Assembly: GCA_965198175.1 (NCBI GenBank)
Contig: OZ240245.1
Coordinates: forward strand, 2,816,001-2,880,000
Reading direction: 5' to 3'
DNA length: 64,000 nt
Source of the DNA: Candidatus Poribacteria bacterium
GTDB lineage: Bacteria; Poribacteria; WGA-4E; PCPOR2b
Part shown: positions 42,384 to 51,556 of the stretch, one piece after another
Layout: the number at the start of each line of letters is the position of its first letter
Numbering within the stretch: position 1 is the first letter of the stretch
Translations under genes and position numbers: made by a program
Notes under the pieces: generated by a model
Told to the model about the DNA's origin: nothing
Database searches by the model: none
The model's input: only the letters and a program-made list of their open reading frames with translations

Positions 42384-42451
42384 TCAAAAATTGACAACGT
42401 CGCAAAATCAAATGGCTTCCACGCCCGTCCCAACAATCCGTCGAATTTCAG
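42384..42451 (-). pseudogene. Degenerate remnant of the 3' end of the phyH gene at 43197
   Basis: GACAACGTCGCAAAATC...AATCCGTCG aligns by eye to 43197-43266 with indels. Confidence 0.6.
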
Positions 42452-42511
42452 TCTACAGTCATGAATGCGCTAGCATTGCGAAATTGAAGACGTCATAGAC
42501 TTTGCAATGCC

Positions 42512-43021
42512 CTAAAGCCTAGCTAGCAGGTCTTGTTTCTTTAATTCAAATTCTTCGTCCGTTAGGACTCCCTCGCTTCTCAGCGCTGCAAGTTCCCGTA
42601 TCTGTTCGACAACATCAACGTGGGAGTCTTCCGGCGGAGTCTCCTGTTCCTGTTTCGTTTTGAATACCCCAGCTCGTGAAAGCGCCCATACACTACCAAT
42701 CACTAAAACCAGCAGCAGCAGCAGTGAAATGTTCTGAGGATGCCAGCGGTGCGGACCAGCTCCGGCGTTAGACATCACCGCCCAAAAAGCCAACAATCCT
42801 ACTAGCAGCGGCATAATGAAGGCAATGCGCATCTCCATCCGACCGCTTGCCCAACATATCCCAACGCACAGACCAATTAATGCACCGCCCAAACCCCATA
42901 AAAAATACAACTCATGATCCGATTTCGGATCTAACGACCAAATCAGCATTCCCGCAATTCCGAACCCTACAATACACGTGATCGCCTTCGTAATTCCTAG
43001 TGCAATCCTACTAGAATTCAT
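42512..43021 (-). CDS. Membrane protein with C-terminal SHOCT domain (paralog of 41728)
   Basis: Shared IGSVWALSRAGVFKTKQ; QIRELAALRSEGVLTDEEFELKKQDLL. Confidence 0.82.
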   Translation of the reverse strand: MNSSRIALGITKAITCIVGFGIAGMLIWSLDPKSDHELYFLWGLGGALIGLCVGICWASGRMEMRIAFIMPLLVGLLAFWAVMSNAGAGPHRWHPQNISLLLLLVLVIGSVWALSRAGVFKTKQEQETPPEDSHVDVVEQIRELAALRSEGVLTDEEFELKKQDLLARL

Positions 43022-43196
43022 CGTATTCTATCCTCCCTGTTGTTATGAATTAAGGCGCCAAGAGCCAATGGCAATTGACGCGTGGTGTTATTACTGACTG
43101 ACCACCGACCACTAGCCACCAGACACTGTCTTTCTGATTGAAATCGAGAGCGGGCGCAGGTTCGATGCGCCGGGCAATCGCCGACATGGCTGCAAT

Positions 43197-44009
43197 TCAG
43201 TAATCGACAACGTTGCAAAATTGAAACAGCTTCTGTGCACGATCCGATAATCCGTCGTATGTCTCAGGCGGCACTTTCACCGCACCGCCGATGCTAATCC
43301 ACGACAACGCGTAGCAGACCACGATTTCGGGACGCTGTCCCTCGGAGGTGTTGGGCGTGCCGCGATGCAGTGTGCGGGGATCCTGTATCCACATCGTGCC
43401 TTTTTTCATGTTCAGTCGTTGGGCAGATGGAAAGTTGCCCTGGGGCAGCACCTCATGGTAATGGTTCTCTAGCTCCGGATTCGCGATATACTGCGTTGAA
43501 GGCAGCACCTCGAAACTGCCGTTCGCCTCGCAAGTGTCCACGAGTGGAAACTTAACGGCCAGTGACGGACACGTGTCAAGCCCGACATACGGAATTTCTT
43601 TCGCCAGTCCGATGTCCCTATGCCAAGGCTGAAACTCGCTGCCCGGATACGGGTTGTTGGAATGGAAACACTTGATGTAGAAATCGTCTCTACCCCAATA
43701 ACGCCTGAAAACCTCCAGAATGACCGCATTCTCGTACACCTCCGGATCGGCGAACGGCGGCACCCACGGGATGGTCAGCGTGTAGCGGTTGGTGAACTGT
43801 TGGCGGCCGTAGCCGGTGCGCAAGTCCCCCCACTCTTTGGGCGCGATAATGTCTTCCCGCGTCCTGACATGTTCAAGCATCGGCATAAACGCCTCTCGGA
43901 TGCGGTCTACGGTCTCGACCGACAACACATCCTCAAGCACCGCGAACCCGTTAATCCTCAACTCGGCTACCTTTAGATCGAAGTCTATGTCTTCGCATCG
44001 TGCAGTCAT
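43197..44009 (-). CDS. PhyH family dioxygenase
   Basis: QPWHRD, NGSFEVLPSTQ, LHRGTPN; ATG 44009 after GGAGG. Confidence 0.85.
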   Translation of the reverse strand: MTARCEDIDFDLKVAELRINGFAVLEDVLSVETVDRIREAFMPMLEHVRTREDIIAPKEWGDLRTGYGRQQFTNRYTLTIPWVPPFADPEVYENAVILEVFRRYWGRDDFYIKCFHSNNPYPGSEFQPWHRDIGLAKEIPYVGLDTCPSLAVKFPLVDTCEANGSFEVLPSTQYIANPELENHYHEVLPQGNFPSAQRLNMKKGTMWIQDPRTLHRGTPNTSEGQRPEIVVCYALSWISIGGAVKVPPETYDGLSDRAQKLFQFCNVVDY

Positions 44010-44291
44010 GGATCCTCCGTCGGTCATTTGCTGATATAGGTTTTCTAACACTAAATCCAAATCCGAAGGTACAAAGATTGCGCTCGTTGTGGCGACTCTG
44101 GTAACCCAATGATTAAGAATCGTTAACCGCAAAACGTGACAGTTGCAAATTCGATTGTATCATAGTAGGTTCTACCACGTCCAGAGAAATGGGAGGGGGA
44201 ATCTGCATTACCTTAGGTCGACTTTTGGATCTGTGCTATCATATTGGCAATCACATTTCAAAACGCAACCCAAGAAAAGGAGAAAGAAGCC

Positions 44292-44501
44292 ATGAAGCAC
44301 GAAAAATGGAGCTGTCCTAAATGCAGCAATGATGAGTTCGAAACGGATATATTCCAAGCAACAGGCGGTACATTTGCCAAGCTGTTCGATGTCCAAAACA
44401 AGAAGTTCACTACCGTTTCATGTACGCGATGCCAATACACCGAAATCTACAAAGCGGATACCTCACGCCTAGGTAACATCTTCGATTTCTTCACGAGTTA
44501 A
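44292..44501 (+). CDS. Zinc-ribbon domain protein (DUF2082-like)
   Basis: CPKC...ATGG.FAKLFDVQNKKF...CTRCQYTEIY. Confidence 0.85.
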   Translation: MKHEKWSCPKCSNDEFETDIFQATGGTFAKLFDVQNKKFTTVSCTRCQYTEIYKADTSRLGNIFDFFTS

Positions 44502-44698
44502 CCGAACATGCAGAGGGCAATGCAGTTGTTGAAGCTATTAAAGCCTTAAATGCAAAACCGTCTTACTGACCACCGACTGCTGTTTGTACTGCGTAAAGTT
44601 GCAATCTCTTTACACAACGGGACAACCGGGGTCAAGAAATGTTTGGATTGTCAGCTAGCCACGGTAAAGTAAGGATATCTCCATCCTTCAAGGTCGAA

Positions 44699-44751
44699 AT
44701 GTCCGATAATTACCCTTATCGGATATAATCACCCCCTGAAACGTCCGATAA
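44699..44751. other. Putative tyrosine-recombinase site (11-6-11 core plus accessory repeat)
   Basis: ATGTCCGATAA-TTACCC-TTATCGGATAT, then ACGTCCGATAA; a fourth copy at 44925-44935. Confidence 0.7.
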
Positions 44752-44947
44752 GTGGAACCGTTCTCCAAAAAGAAGCGTTTTTAGAGTCACAGTTCTCGTT
44801 GGCATAGTGGGAAACACCGTAGAATTTAATTGCCGAGAAGCTAGATATAGACTCGATTTCCAACCCTTTTCGCCCCTAATCATTCTAAGGAGAGCGAAAC
44901 GCAAAATCATCAGTTCGAAAAACAATGTCCGATAAGGAGAGCACGAT

Positions 44948-45850
44948 ATGAACGAACATTTACAAGACTACCGAGACTATCTCTACGAACTAGACAAATC
45001 CGAGAAAACAGTTCAAGCCTACATGACAGATCTGCGCACCTTTTCACACTGGTTCGAGACTGAGACGGGAGAACTCCTAGTTCCCGAAAACATCACACCG
45101 CTCGATGTTATCGACTATCGCAAAGATATGATCGACCTGGGTAGAAGACCGTCGACCATCAATCGCCACCTAATCAGTATCTCCAGCTTCTGCCAGTGGG
45201 CGCACAAGCATGACCTCATACCTAATAACCCTGTTGAAGGCATTCGCCCTGTTGCTGAGGAACCGCTTGGACCTGCCGCGCTAGAACGAAAGGAACAGCT
45301 TGCGTTGGTCAGGACGGTTCGAAAATCGGGTAACATCCGCGATTTGGCGATTGTCACGATGTTGTTGCACACGGGTATACGGGTAAACGAACTCTGTAAC
45401 CTTCAAGTTTCTGATATTATTTTATCTAAGAATAGCAATATGATTACCGTCCGTGAAGGTAAAGGCACTAAGCGGCGAATCATCCCGTTAAACCCAACGG
45501 TAGTAGGGGTTTTAAAGGACTATCTGGAGTCACCTAACAGAAACCGCACTCGGATCACAGGGATACCTGCCGACTTGTCTCAGCGCCTCTTTTACGGGCA
45601 AAAACGGATGCCACTCACGGATCGCGGGGTTCGTTATATCATAAAAAAATACGCATATCTTGCAAAAATAGAGCATGTATCTCCGCACGCTCTTAGACAT
45701 ACCTGTGCAAAGAATCTTATTGATGCTGGACAACCCATCAATAGAGTCGCAAAAATACTCGGACATTCAAGTGTTAATACGACGACAATTTATACAATGC
45801 CTACAGAGCGAGATTTACAAAAGACAATGGACAGCATATCGTGGGAGTAG
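44948..45850 (+). CDS. Tyrosine recombinase/integrase (Xer-like)
   Basis: TGIRVNEL (R), GKGTK (K), HALRH (HxxR), LGH, TTIYT (Y); N-terminal SAM-like domain. Confidence 0.93.
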   Translation: MNEHLQDYRDYLYELDKSEKTVQAYMTDLRTFSHWFETETGELLVPENITPLDVIDYRKDMIDLGRRPSTINRHLISISSFCQWAHKHDLIPNNPVEGIRPVAEEPLGPAALERKEQLALVRTVRKSGNIRDLAIVTMLLHTGIRVNELCNLQVSDIILSKNSNMITVREGKGTKRRIIPLNPTVVGVLKDYLESPNRNRTRITGIPADLSQRLFYGQKRMPLTDRGVRYIIKKYAYLAKIEHVSPHALRHTCAKNLIDAGQPINRVAKILGHSSVNTTTIYTMPTERDLQKTMDSISWE

Positions 45851-46058
45851 ATATGTGAATTTTAGATAATTTATAATATTTCAATATAATCCTATGCTAT
45901 ACACAATTGACATTTATACATAACATCGATTTCCATTGCCTTGATGAAACCTTTTATGTTATAATCCCAGTATTGTATAATGTTGCGATGGCTTAAATCA
46001 TAAATATTGTGATTTAGCAAACTTAGCCTTATGAAACCCCATAAACACTGAGGACACT

Positions 46059-46448
46059 ATGAAAGAATACCGACAAGCGAAAAACTCACTAAAGAAACAG
46101 ATAAGCCTATTGCTACCAATCGAAGTTTACGAAGGCGCCAAACGCGACTCACAACGATACAACAGATCCATGGCATACCACATTGTTGAAACGCTTCGGA
46201 TAACCTATAGCAAATCAATCGAGGAGATACAAGCGGAAAAAGAGGCGGCTGCCCAACATAAAATTCTTCAGGAGTTGAAGGAAAAGGCGGCTGCTGCGGG
46301 CAAATCAGAAGAACTAGTTCAGGCGATAGAGACAGTGTTCCACCGATTCACCCAAGTCAAAACGTCAAATGACTTTACGGAAGATTTCCAGCAAGATATA
46401 ATGACCTTCGCCGCGATGATGCTGGAATCAGAGGCATCGACAGAATAA
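46059..46448 (+). CDS. Hypothetical protein, possible ribbon-helix-helix DNA-binding N-terminus
   Basis: KQISLLLPIEVY...NRSMAYHIVETL resembles Arc/RHH pattern; GAGG SD. Confidence 0.55.
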   Translation: MKEYRQAKNSLKKQISLLLPIEVYEGAKRDSQRYNRSMAYHIVETLRITYSKSIEEIQAEKEAAAQHKILQELKEKAAAAGKSEELVQAIETVFHRFTQVKTSNDFTEDFQQDIMTFAAMMLESEASTE

Positions 46449-46498
46449 GGGCAAATCGTTCGGTCAACGAAGCACCTTTTACATAAATTCCTCAATCC

Positions 46499-46550
46499 AA
46501 ATCCTCCCCCTTGCTAAGGGGGAGCTAGAGGGGGTCGGGTGCATGCACAC
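46499..46550. repeat. Dispersed palindromic repeat
   Basis: AAATCCTCCCCCTTGCTAAGGGGGAGCTAGAGGGGGTCGGGTGCATGCACAC. Confidence 0.8.
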
Positions 46551-46863
46551 CCGCTAAATCCCACATCCGGTCTGAATCAAGCAATTCCAAAATTCAATAA
46601 TCCGCACGATCGGAAGATCCGAATTTACAGAAAGTTAACTTCACCCTCACATCCGAGGGTTGACTGTAACACCTATGCCACGCCCTTGTATCAATGCTAC
46701 AACACCACTCTCCTGTATAGCCTCCATACAACCAGACCTAGCCAGTAAAATTACGAGATTTGGTTTTGGCATTCAAATTGCTCTCTATAAGGCGATGGAA
46801 ATCTCAGCTCCGAAGCATAACGGAGCAAACCTACCTTAAATCAGTTTCATCTCTCTACAAAAG

Positions 46864-48834
46864 ATGGAGGTAAGTAAAATGGGCGTTCGTCCAATTTCTC
46901 GACAGATGGTCATATACATCTGCCTCGTTTCCCGCATTGCTACAGCGCTAGTGCTAATAATTCCGAGCTCGATTTATGCGAGGGACTTAGATGATAAGAT
47001 CGTCTTTGTTTCCAATCGTAACGCTACTCCCGAAATATTCCTAGTTGAAGGTTGGGACGCCAACCCGATTCAACTCACACGCAATATGTTCGCAAGTGCG
47101 CCCGCAATTTCTCCTGACGGCACAGAGGTCGTCTTCGTCTCTAGTCCACCGGGAGGACAATCGGACATTTTCAAACTGCATATCGCAACGAATCGAATCG
47201 AGAAATTGACGGTCGCCGCCGAATGGGATGCGAGCTACTCGGATCTCGATTGGTCGCCCGATGGACAGCAAATCCTGTTTATCACGTCTATAGGCGCTCA
47301 CGAAGGTGATAAAACCAATCTGAGCGTGATGAATATGAACTCTCGCGACATACGGCATATTCTTCAACCAGACCTACCGACTCGTATTTCTAATCCCAGT
47401 TGGTCGCCCGATAGTCAGGACATATTATTTAGCCAAGAAGATGAAGGGCTGCTACATGACAGGCTATTCATTACTGACGACAATGGGAACAACGTTGTTG
47501 AGGTGAGGCAAGAAGAACTAAAATTCTTAACCGATGCGTCGTCCTTTCACATAAATACAATCCCCGCTTGGTCACCGAGTCGGCACAAAATCGCTTACAT
47601 CACCTTAATTGAGAGCCACCGCACGCCGCCGAAGCCGCTTCAAATTTACTCTATGAACCTGGCTGATGAGAACATTGCGCCTCTAACAACTGAACGCGCA
47701 GTAAACAGCGTTCCGATGGCTTGGAGTCCAGATGGACAGCAGCTCTTATTCACCGTTATACCGTTCGACCAAGAGGCTGAATCGAATGACATCTATGTCA
47801 TGGACTCCGATGGAACTAACATGATAAATCTGACGCAGTCAGCGGAAAATGAAGGGTTTGCAAGCTTGTCGCCCTCCGGAAAAGAGATTGTGTTTGACAA
47901 ATTTATAGGGGAAGAGAACAGCGCAATTTACGTGATGGACGCAAACGGCCGAAATCCCCGGCAATTGACGTTTGAACCCGGTTTAAACGCAGCACCTTTT
48001 TGGTCTCCAGACGGGGAAAAAATCGCGTTCCTCTCAAATCGGGATGGCGGGCGGAGAATTTACACGATGGATCGTGAAGGCAACAATATCCAACAAATCA
48101 CACATCGCCGGCGCAAATTCGACGGGGCGCCGGCTTGGTCGCCAGATGGGAAATGGATTGCTTTCGGGTCTGGCGATAAAGGGAGTTGGGGGTTATATCT
48201 CATCGAACCGCAAGGAAACAACGAAAGACTCATTTATCGTTCAAACTTAAGCTCGCTCGATAGTGTGGCTTTATTCCGTCCGGCCTGGTCGCCCGATAGC
48301 AAGAGTCTGGTTTTCGTCGACCCTTGGGGCGAAGCCAGCGTGGGTTTAGTGAAGATTCAGATTGACGAGGGTATGCCAACGCAGATAAACAATGAAGAAC
48401 TTATATATTGGCTAAGCGCTGTATGGTCGCCGGATGGAAACAGTCTCCTTTTCAGTGCAGCAAAGAAAAAGGATGATCCATTCTATATCGATCAAATACC
48501 TACAGTATTCTTGCCGAACCTCAATACCTCGGAACGCCGTGAGTTTAACTCGTGGGGCATCCTCCATTTAGATTTTAAATCAGATTGGAGTTTTCGCCGG
48601 TTAGTTTGGGCGCCGGATGGCTCGCAACTCATGCTGTCAATCGAGCAAAAAGGCATGGACACTCAACACGACAAGCGGCTCTATTTGATTGATACCGCGA
48701 GCGAAACGGCGAGCTTTTGGATGAAAGATGCGGCGGAAGCAGATTGGGTCAGACCGGGCTTTGTGTATGCAGTGAACCCCCGTGAAAAATGGATTTCAAC
48801 ATGGGCGGAATTGAAAAAGCCAGAAGTGCCATGA
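46864..48834 (+). CDS. TolB-like PD40 (WD40-like) beta-propeller protein
   Basis: Many WSPDG repeats; tail AVNPREKWISTWAELKK. Confidence 0.88.
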   Translation: MEVSKMGVRPISRQMVIYICLVSRIATALVLIIPSSIYARDLDDKIVFVSNRNATPEIFLVEGWDANPIQLTRNMFASAPAISPDGTEVVFVSSPPGGQSDIFKLHIATNRIEKLTVAAEWDASYSDLDWSPDGQQILFITSIGAHEGDKTNLSVMNMNSRDIRHILQPDLPTRISNPSWSPDSQDILFSQEDEGLLHDRLFITDDNGNNVVEVRQEELKFLTDASSFHINTIPAWSPSRHKIAYITLIESHRTPPKPLQIYSMNLADENIAPLTTERAVNSVPMAWSPDGQQLLFTVIPFDQEAESNDIYVMDSDGTNMINLTQSAENEGFASLSPSGKEIVFDKFIGEENSAIYVMDANGRNPRQLTFEPGLNAAPFWSPDGEKIAFLSNRDGGRRIYTMDREGNNIQQITHRRRKFDGAPAWSPDGKWIAFGSGDKGSWGLYLIEPQGNNERLIYRSNLSSLDSVALFRPAWSPDSKSLVFVDPWGEASVGLVKIQIDEGMPTQINNEELIYWLSAVWSPDGNSLLFSAAKKKDDPFYIDQIPTVFLPNLNTSERREFNSWGILHLDFKSDWSFRRLVWAPDGSQLMLSIEQKGMDTQHDKRLYLIDTASETASFWMKDAAEADWVRPGFVYAVNPREKWISTWAELKKPEVP

Positions 48835-48840
48835 TGATTC

Positions 48841-49659
48841 ATGCGCTCAGATTCCACTAAGTTGAACAGAACCCCAAACCAAATGCCAGGAGGATCTCAA
48901 ATTAGACCGAATCTGTTTTGCATCATATCGCTCTGCCTACTGAGTTTGATACTGAGTTGTGGCGATGACGAAGATGAACCCTCAATTGATATTGTCAAGG
49001 CACCGACTGATAGTCGAGAAGATGCGGTAGCCGTCCCTGACGTGGACGACCTCGGGTTGATTGATCCTGATCCAGGTGAGGCAATCGATCCGCCCGAACA
49101 AGAAGTTATCCAGCCCGAAGTAAATCCCATCCAAGATGCAATCGATGAGGTTTTGAATCGCATGCGTGAGGGATATGAAAAGGAAGATCTCGACCTGTAT
49201 CTGAGTGCGTTCTGGACAGATGGATTTCGTTACACCGCCGATATGGCAACGGCTCACGATCGATTCGACGATCTGACATTCGATGAACTCAAGCTCGAAG
49301 GACAATCTGCAGCGAGGGTTTTTGCACATTTCCAGGATATTGGGCTGCAAATTTTCCGCCCTGCTCAGATTGTCAGCGAAGCCCCCGAACGAATAGAAGC
49401 CATGACCCATTATCGTGTCCAAGCGTTCGCGAACGATGGGCACGCTCTAGAAGGCGGATTTCTCGCATGGTATGCGGAAGGAGATGCTCGCTTTACCTTT
49501 GAACTCCGTGAGGAGGAGTGGCGGATTACGAAATGGCTTGATGACGCCTTTAACACGAAAGCGATACAGATTTTCAGCGAGGGAATCAATCCGGGCGCTG
49601 ATGTCAATCCTGTCGACAAGTTGGCATCGACATGGGGCATCATTAAAATCCAGTTCTAG
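48841..49659 (+). CDS. Putative lipoprotein, possible NTF2-like domain
   Basis: LILSC lipobox, acidic linker, GYEKEDLDLYLSAF...EEWRITKW; tail DVNPVDKLASTWGIIK; true start may be later. Confidence 0.6.
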   Translation: MRSDSTKLNRTPNQMPGGSQIRPNLFCIISLCLLSLILSCGDDEDEPSIDIVKAPTDSREDAVAVPDVDDLGLIDPDPGEAIDPPEQEVIQPEVNPIQDAIDEVLNRMREGYEKEDLDLYLSAFWTDGFRYTADMATAHDRFDDLTFDELKLEGQSAARVFAHFQDIGLQIFRPAQIVSEAPERIEAMTHYRVQAFANDGHALEGGFLAWYAEGDARFTFELREEEWRITKWLDDAFNTKAIQIFSEGINPGADVNPVDKLASTWGIIKIQF

Positions 49660-49672
49660 AGGAGCCATAGTT

Positions 49673-51421
49673 ATGAAGTATTACATTCTGTTCACGATAG
49701 CTCTTACTTTCATCTCATTGTTAGCGAGCGCGAACGAGCAGATTCTGTTTGAATCCAACCGACATGGGAACGATGAGATATATAGGCATTTTCCCGGCGT
49801 CAGAACCCAGAGACTCACATTTGACGAAGGCGGGGATTACGATCCGGAGTTGTCGCCCGATGGGACAAAGATGGCGTATGCCTCACGTATCAATGGAGAT
49901 TTAGAAATTGCCGTCATGGATCTCAAGTCTGGTAAACGCCAGCAACTTACATTTTCACCCAGGAGCAATCTTCAGCCAACCTGGTCACCGGACGGAAGTC
50001 GTATCGCTTTTGCTTCAAACCGAGATGGAGACATGGATATATATATCATGGACGCCGACGGAAAGAACGAGTCAAATGTGACCGACAACTCCCCTTGGGA
50101 CGATAGTTCGCCCCATTGGTCGCCGGTAAGTGAAAAGGTTGTGTTTATCTCTTATCGAGATGATCTGTGGGATGAAGTCTATATGCTTGATGTACAGACC
50201 GGTATTGAGCGAAAACTCACAACCTCATCCTATTTTGCGGCTCATCCCAGATGGTCGCCGAACGGATCCCAGATTGCCTACCTTTCGACGGAAGTGCCTG
50301 AATTCGCGCCGCAGACTACAGCGATATGGCGCGTGAAGTCGGATGGTTCAGAGCTGCAGGCACTGGTGACACAAGGAGAGGCAAACACGCATCCGAAATA
50401 CTCCCCTGACGGAAAGTGGATTGCGTTTGTATCTTATAGAGACCTCAACACGGACATTTATACTTTGAACCTCGAAACCCAAGAACTGACACGTTTAACA
50501 ACACACCTTGGCAACGACTCGTACCCCGAGTGGTCTCCAGACGGCAAACGGATTGCCTTCATGTCCAGCAGAGACGGCAATCCCGACATCTTTACCATGA
50601 CCGTCGACCGAGAGCAGCTAACCAATCTGACCAAGAGCGGTTCGACTGAATACTATCCCACTTGGTCGCCCGATGGAAAAAAAATCGCTTTCAGTCGGAA
50701 GATGGGAGACACCAGCACCAGGATTTACGTGATTGATAGCGGGGGCGGAAATGAGGTCGAATTGGTTGACTTGCTGTTTTCAAACACCTTTTCGGCGTGG
50801 TCTCCGCAAGGAGACAAAATCGCTTTTGTGAATCGCCCAAAGCGGGGAGAGCCGAAGTCGCGTATTTATACGATTGACCCTGATGGTCAAAACCTACAAG
50901 TAATATATGAAGATGCGGACGAACGGATTGGGGAAATCACTTGGTCCGCTGATGGGACTCAGATTATTATCAATCAAATTCGCGGTCCAATCGCCTTCCT
51001 CGACACGGGGACCCATGAAGTCCACACAATAAACGTGCAAGTAAGCAATCTCTACACTCTCGATTGGTCACCCAACGGTCGATACATTATTTTTTCAGCG
51101 CCAATGCCAGTCGAGATTCGTGAACCGCGTCACGGCGTCTTCATCATCGATCGCGACGGGAATGCCTTACGGACCATTTTTATGGACACGCCCCCGTTTA
51201 CAAGGACGGATGGCCTTACCTGGTCACCGGACGGGAACAAGATGCTCTTCGGTCATGACGGTAGGTTATACACGCTTGACTTGGAAAGTGAAGCCACTGA
51301 ACTTCTCACTGAATCAGGCAGCAATCCTGATTGGCAGAATCCTTCTCGCCCTCGCTCTGTCTCTCCGCAAAACATGCTGAATACCACATGGGGCGAGATG
51401 AAAAAAAGTGAGAATCGTTGA
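49673..51421 (+). CDS. TolB-like PD40 repeat protein
   Basis: Signal peptide after GAGGAG SD; about 12 P.WSPDG repeats; tail SVSPQNMLNTTWGEMKK. Confidence 0.9.
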   Translation: MKYYILFTIALTFISLLASANEQILFESNRHGNDEIYRHFPGVRTQRLTFDEGGDYDPELSPDGTKMAYASRINGDLEIAVMDLKSGKRQQLTFSPRSNLQPTWSPDGSRIAFASNRDGDMDIYIMDADGKNESNVTDNSPWDDSSPHWSPVSEKVVFISYRDDLWDEVYMLDVQTGIERKLTTSSYFAAHPRWSPNGSQIAYLSTEVPEFAPQTTAIWRVKSDGSELQALVTQGEANTHPKYSPDGKWIAFVSYRDLNTDIYTLNLETQELTRLTTHLGNDSYPEWSPDGKRIAFMSSRDGNPDIFTMTVDREQLTNLTKSGSTEYYPTWSPDGKKIAFSRKMGDTSTRIYVIDSGGGNEVELVDLLFSNTFSAWSPQGDKIAFVNRPKRGEPKSRIYTIDPDGQNLQVIYEDADERIGEITWSADGTQIIINQIRGPIAFLDTGTHEVHTINVQVSNLYTLDWSPNGRYIIFSAPMPVEIREPRHGVFIIDRDGNALRTIFMDTPPFTRTDGLTWSPDGNKMLFGHDGRLYTLDLESEATELLTESGSNPDWQNPSRPRSVSPQNMLNTTWGEMKKSENR

Positions 51422-51556
51422 TACGATTCGTATAACACGATCATTCGCACAACGGCTTTATAGGATGTCTAAACTTTACACGTAATATGCAACACGAATT
51501 ACGCTTCATGATTCACATCTAAATTCGTTACAACTCGTGAAAAAGGAGGGATAGTT

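Noticed and set aside
44699..44726. Chromosomal dif site with housekeeping xerC/xerD
   Set aside because: The arms are nearly symmetric, unlike the XerD arm consensus, and have accessory repeats, which fits a single-recombinase site better.
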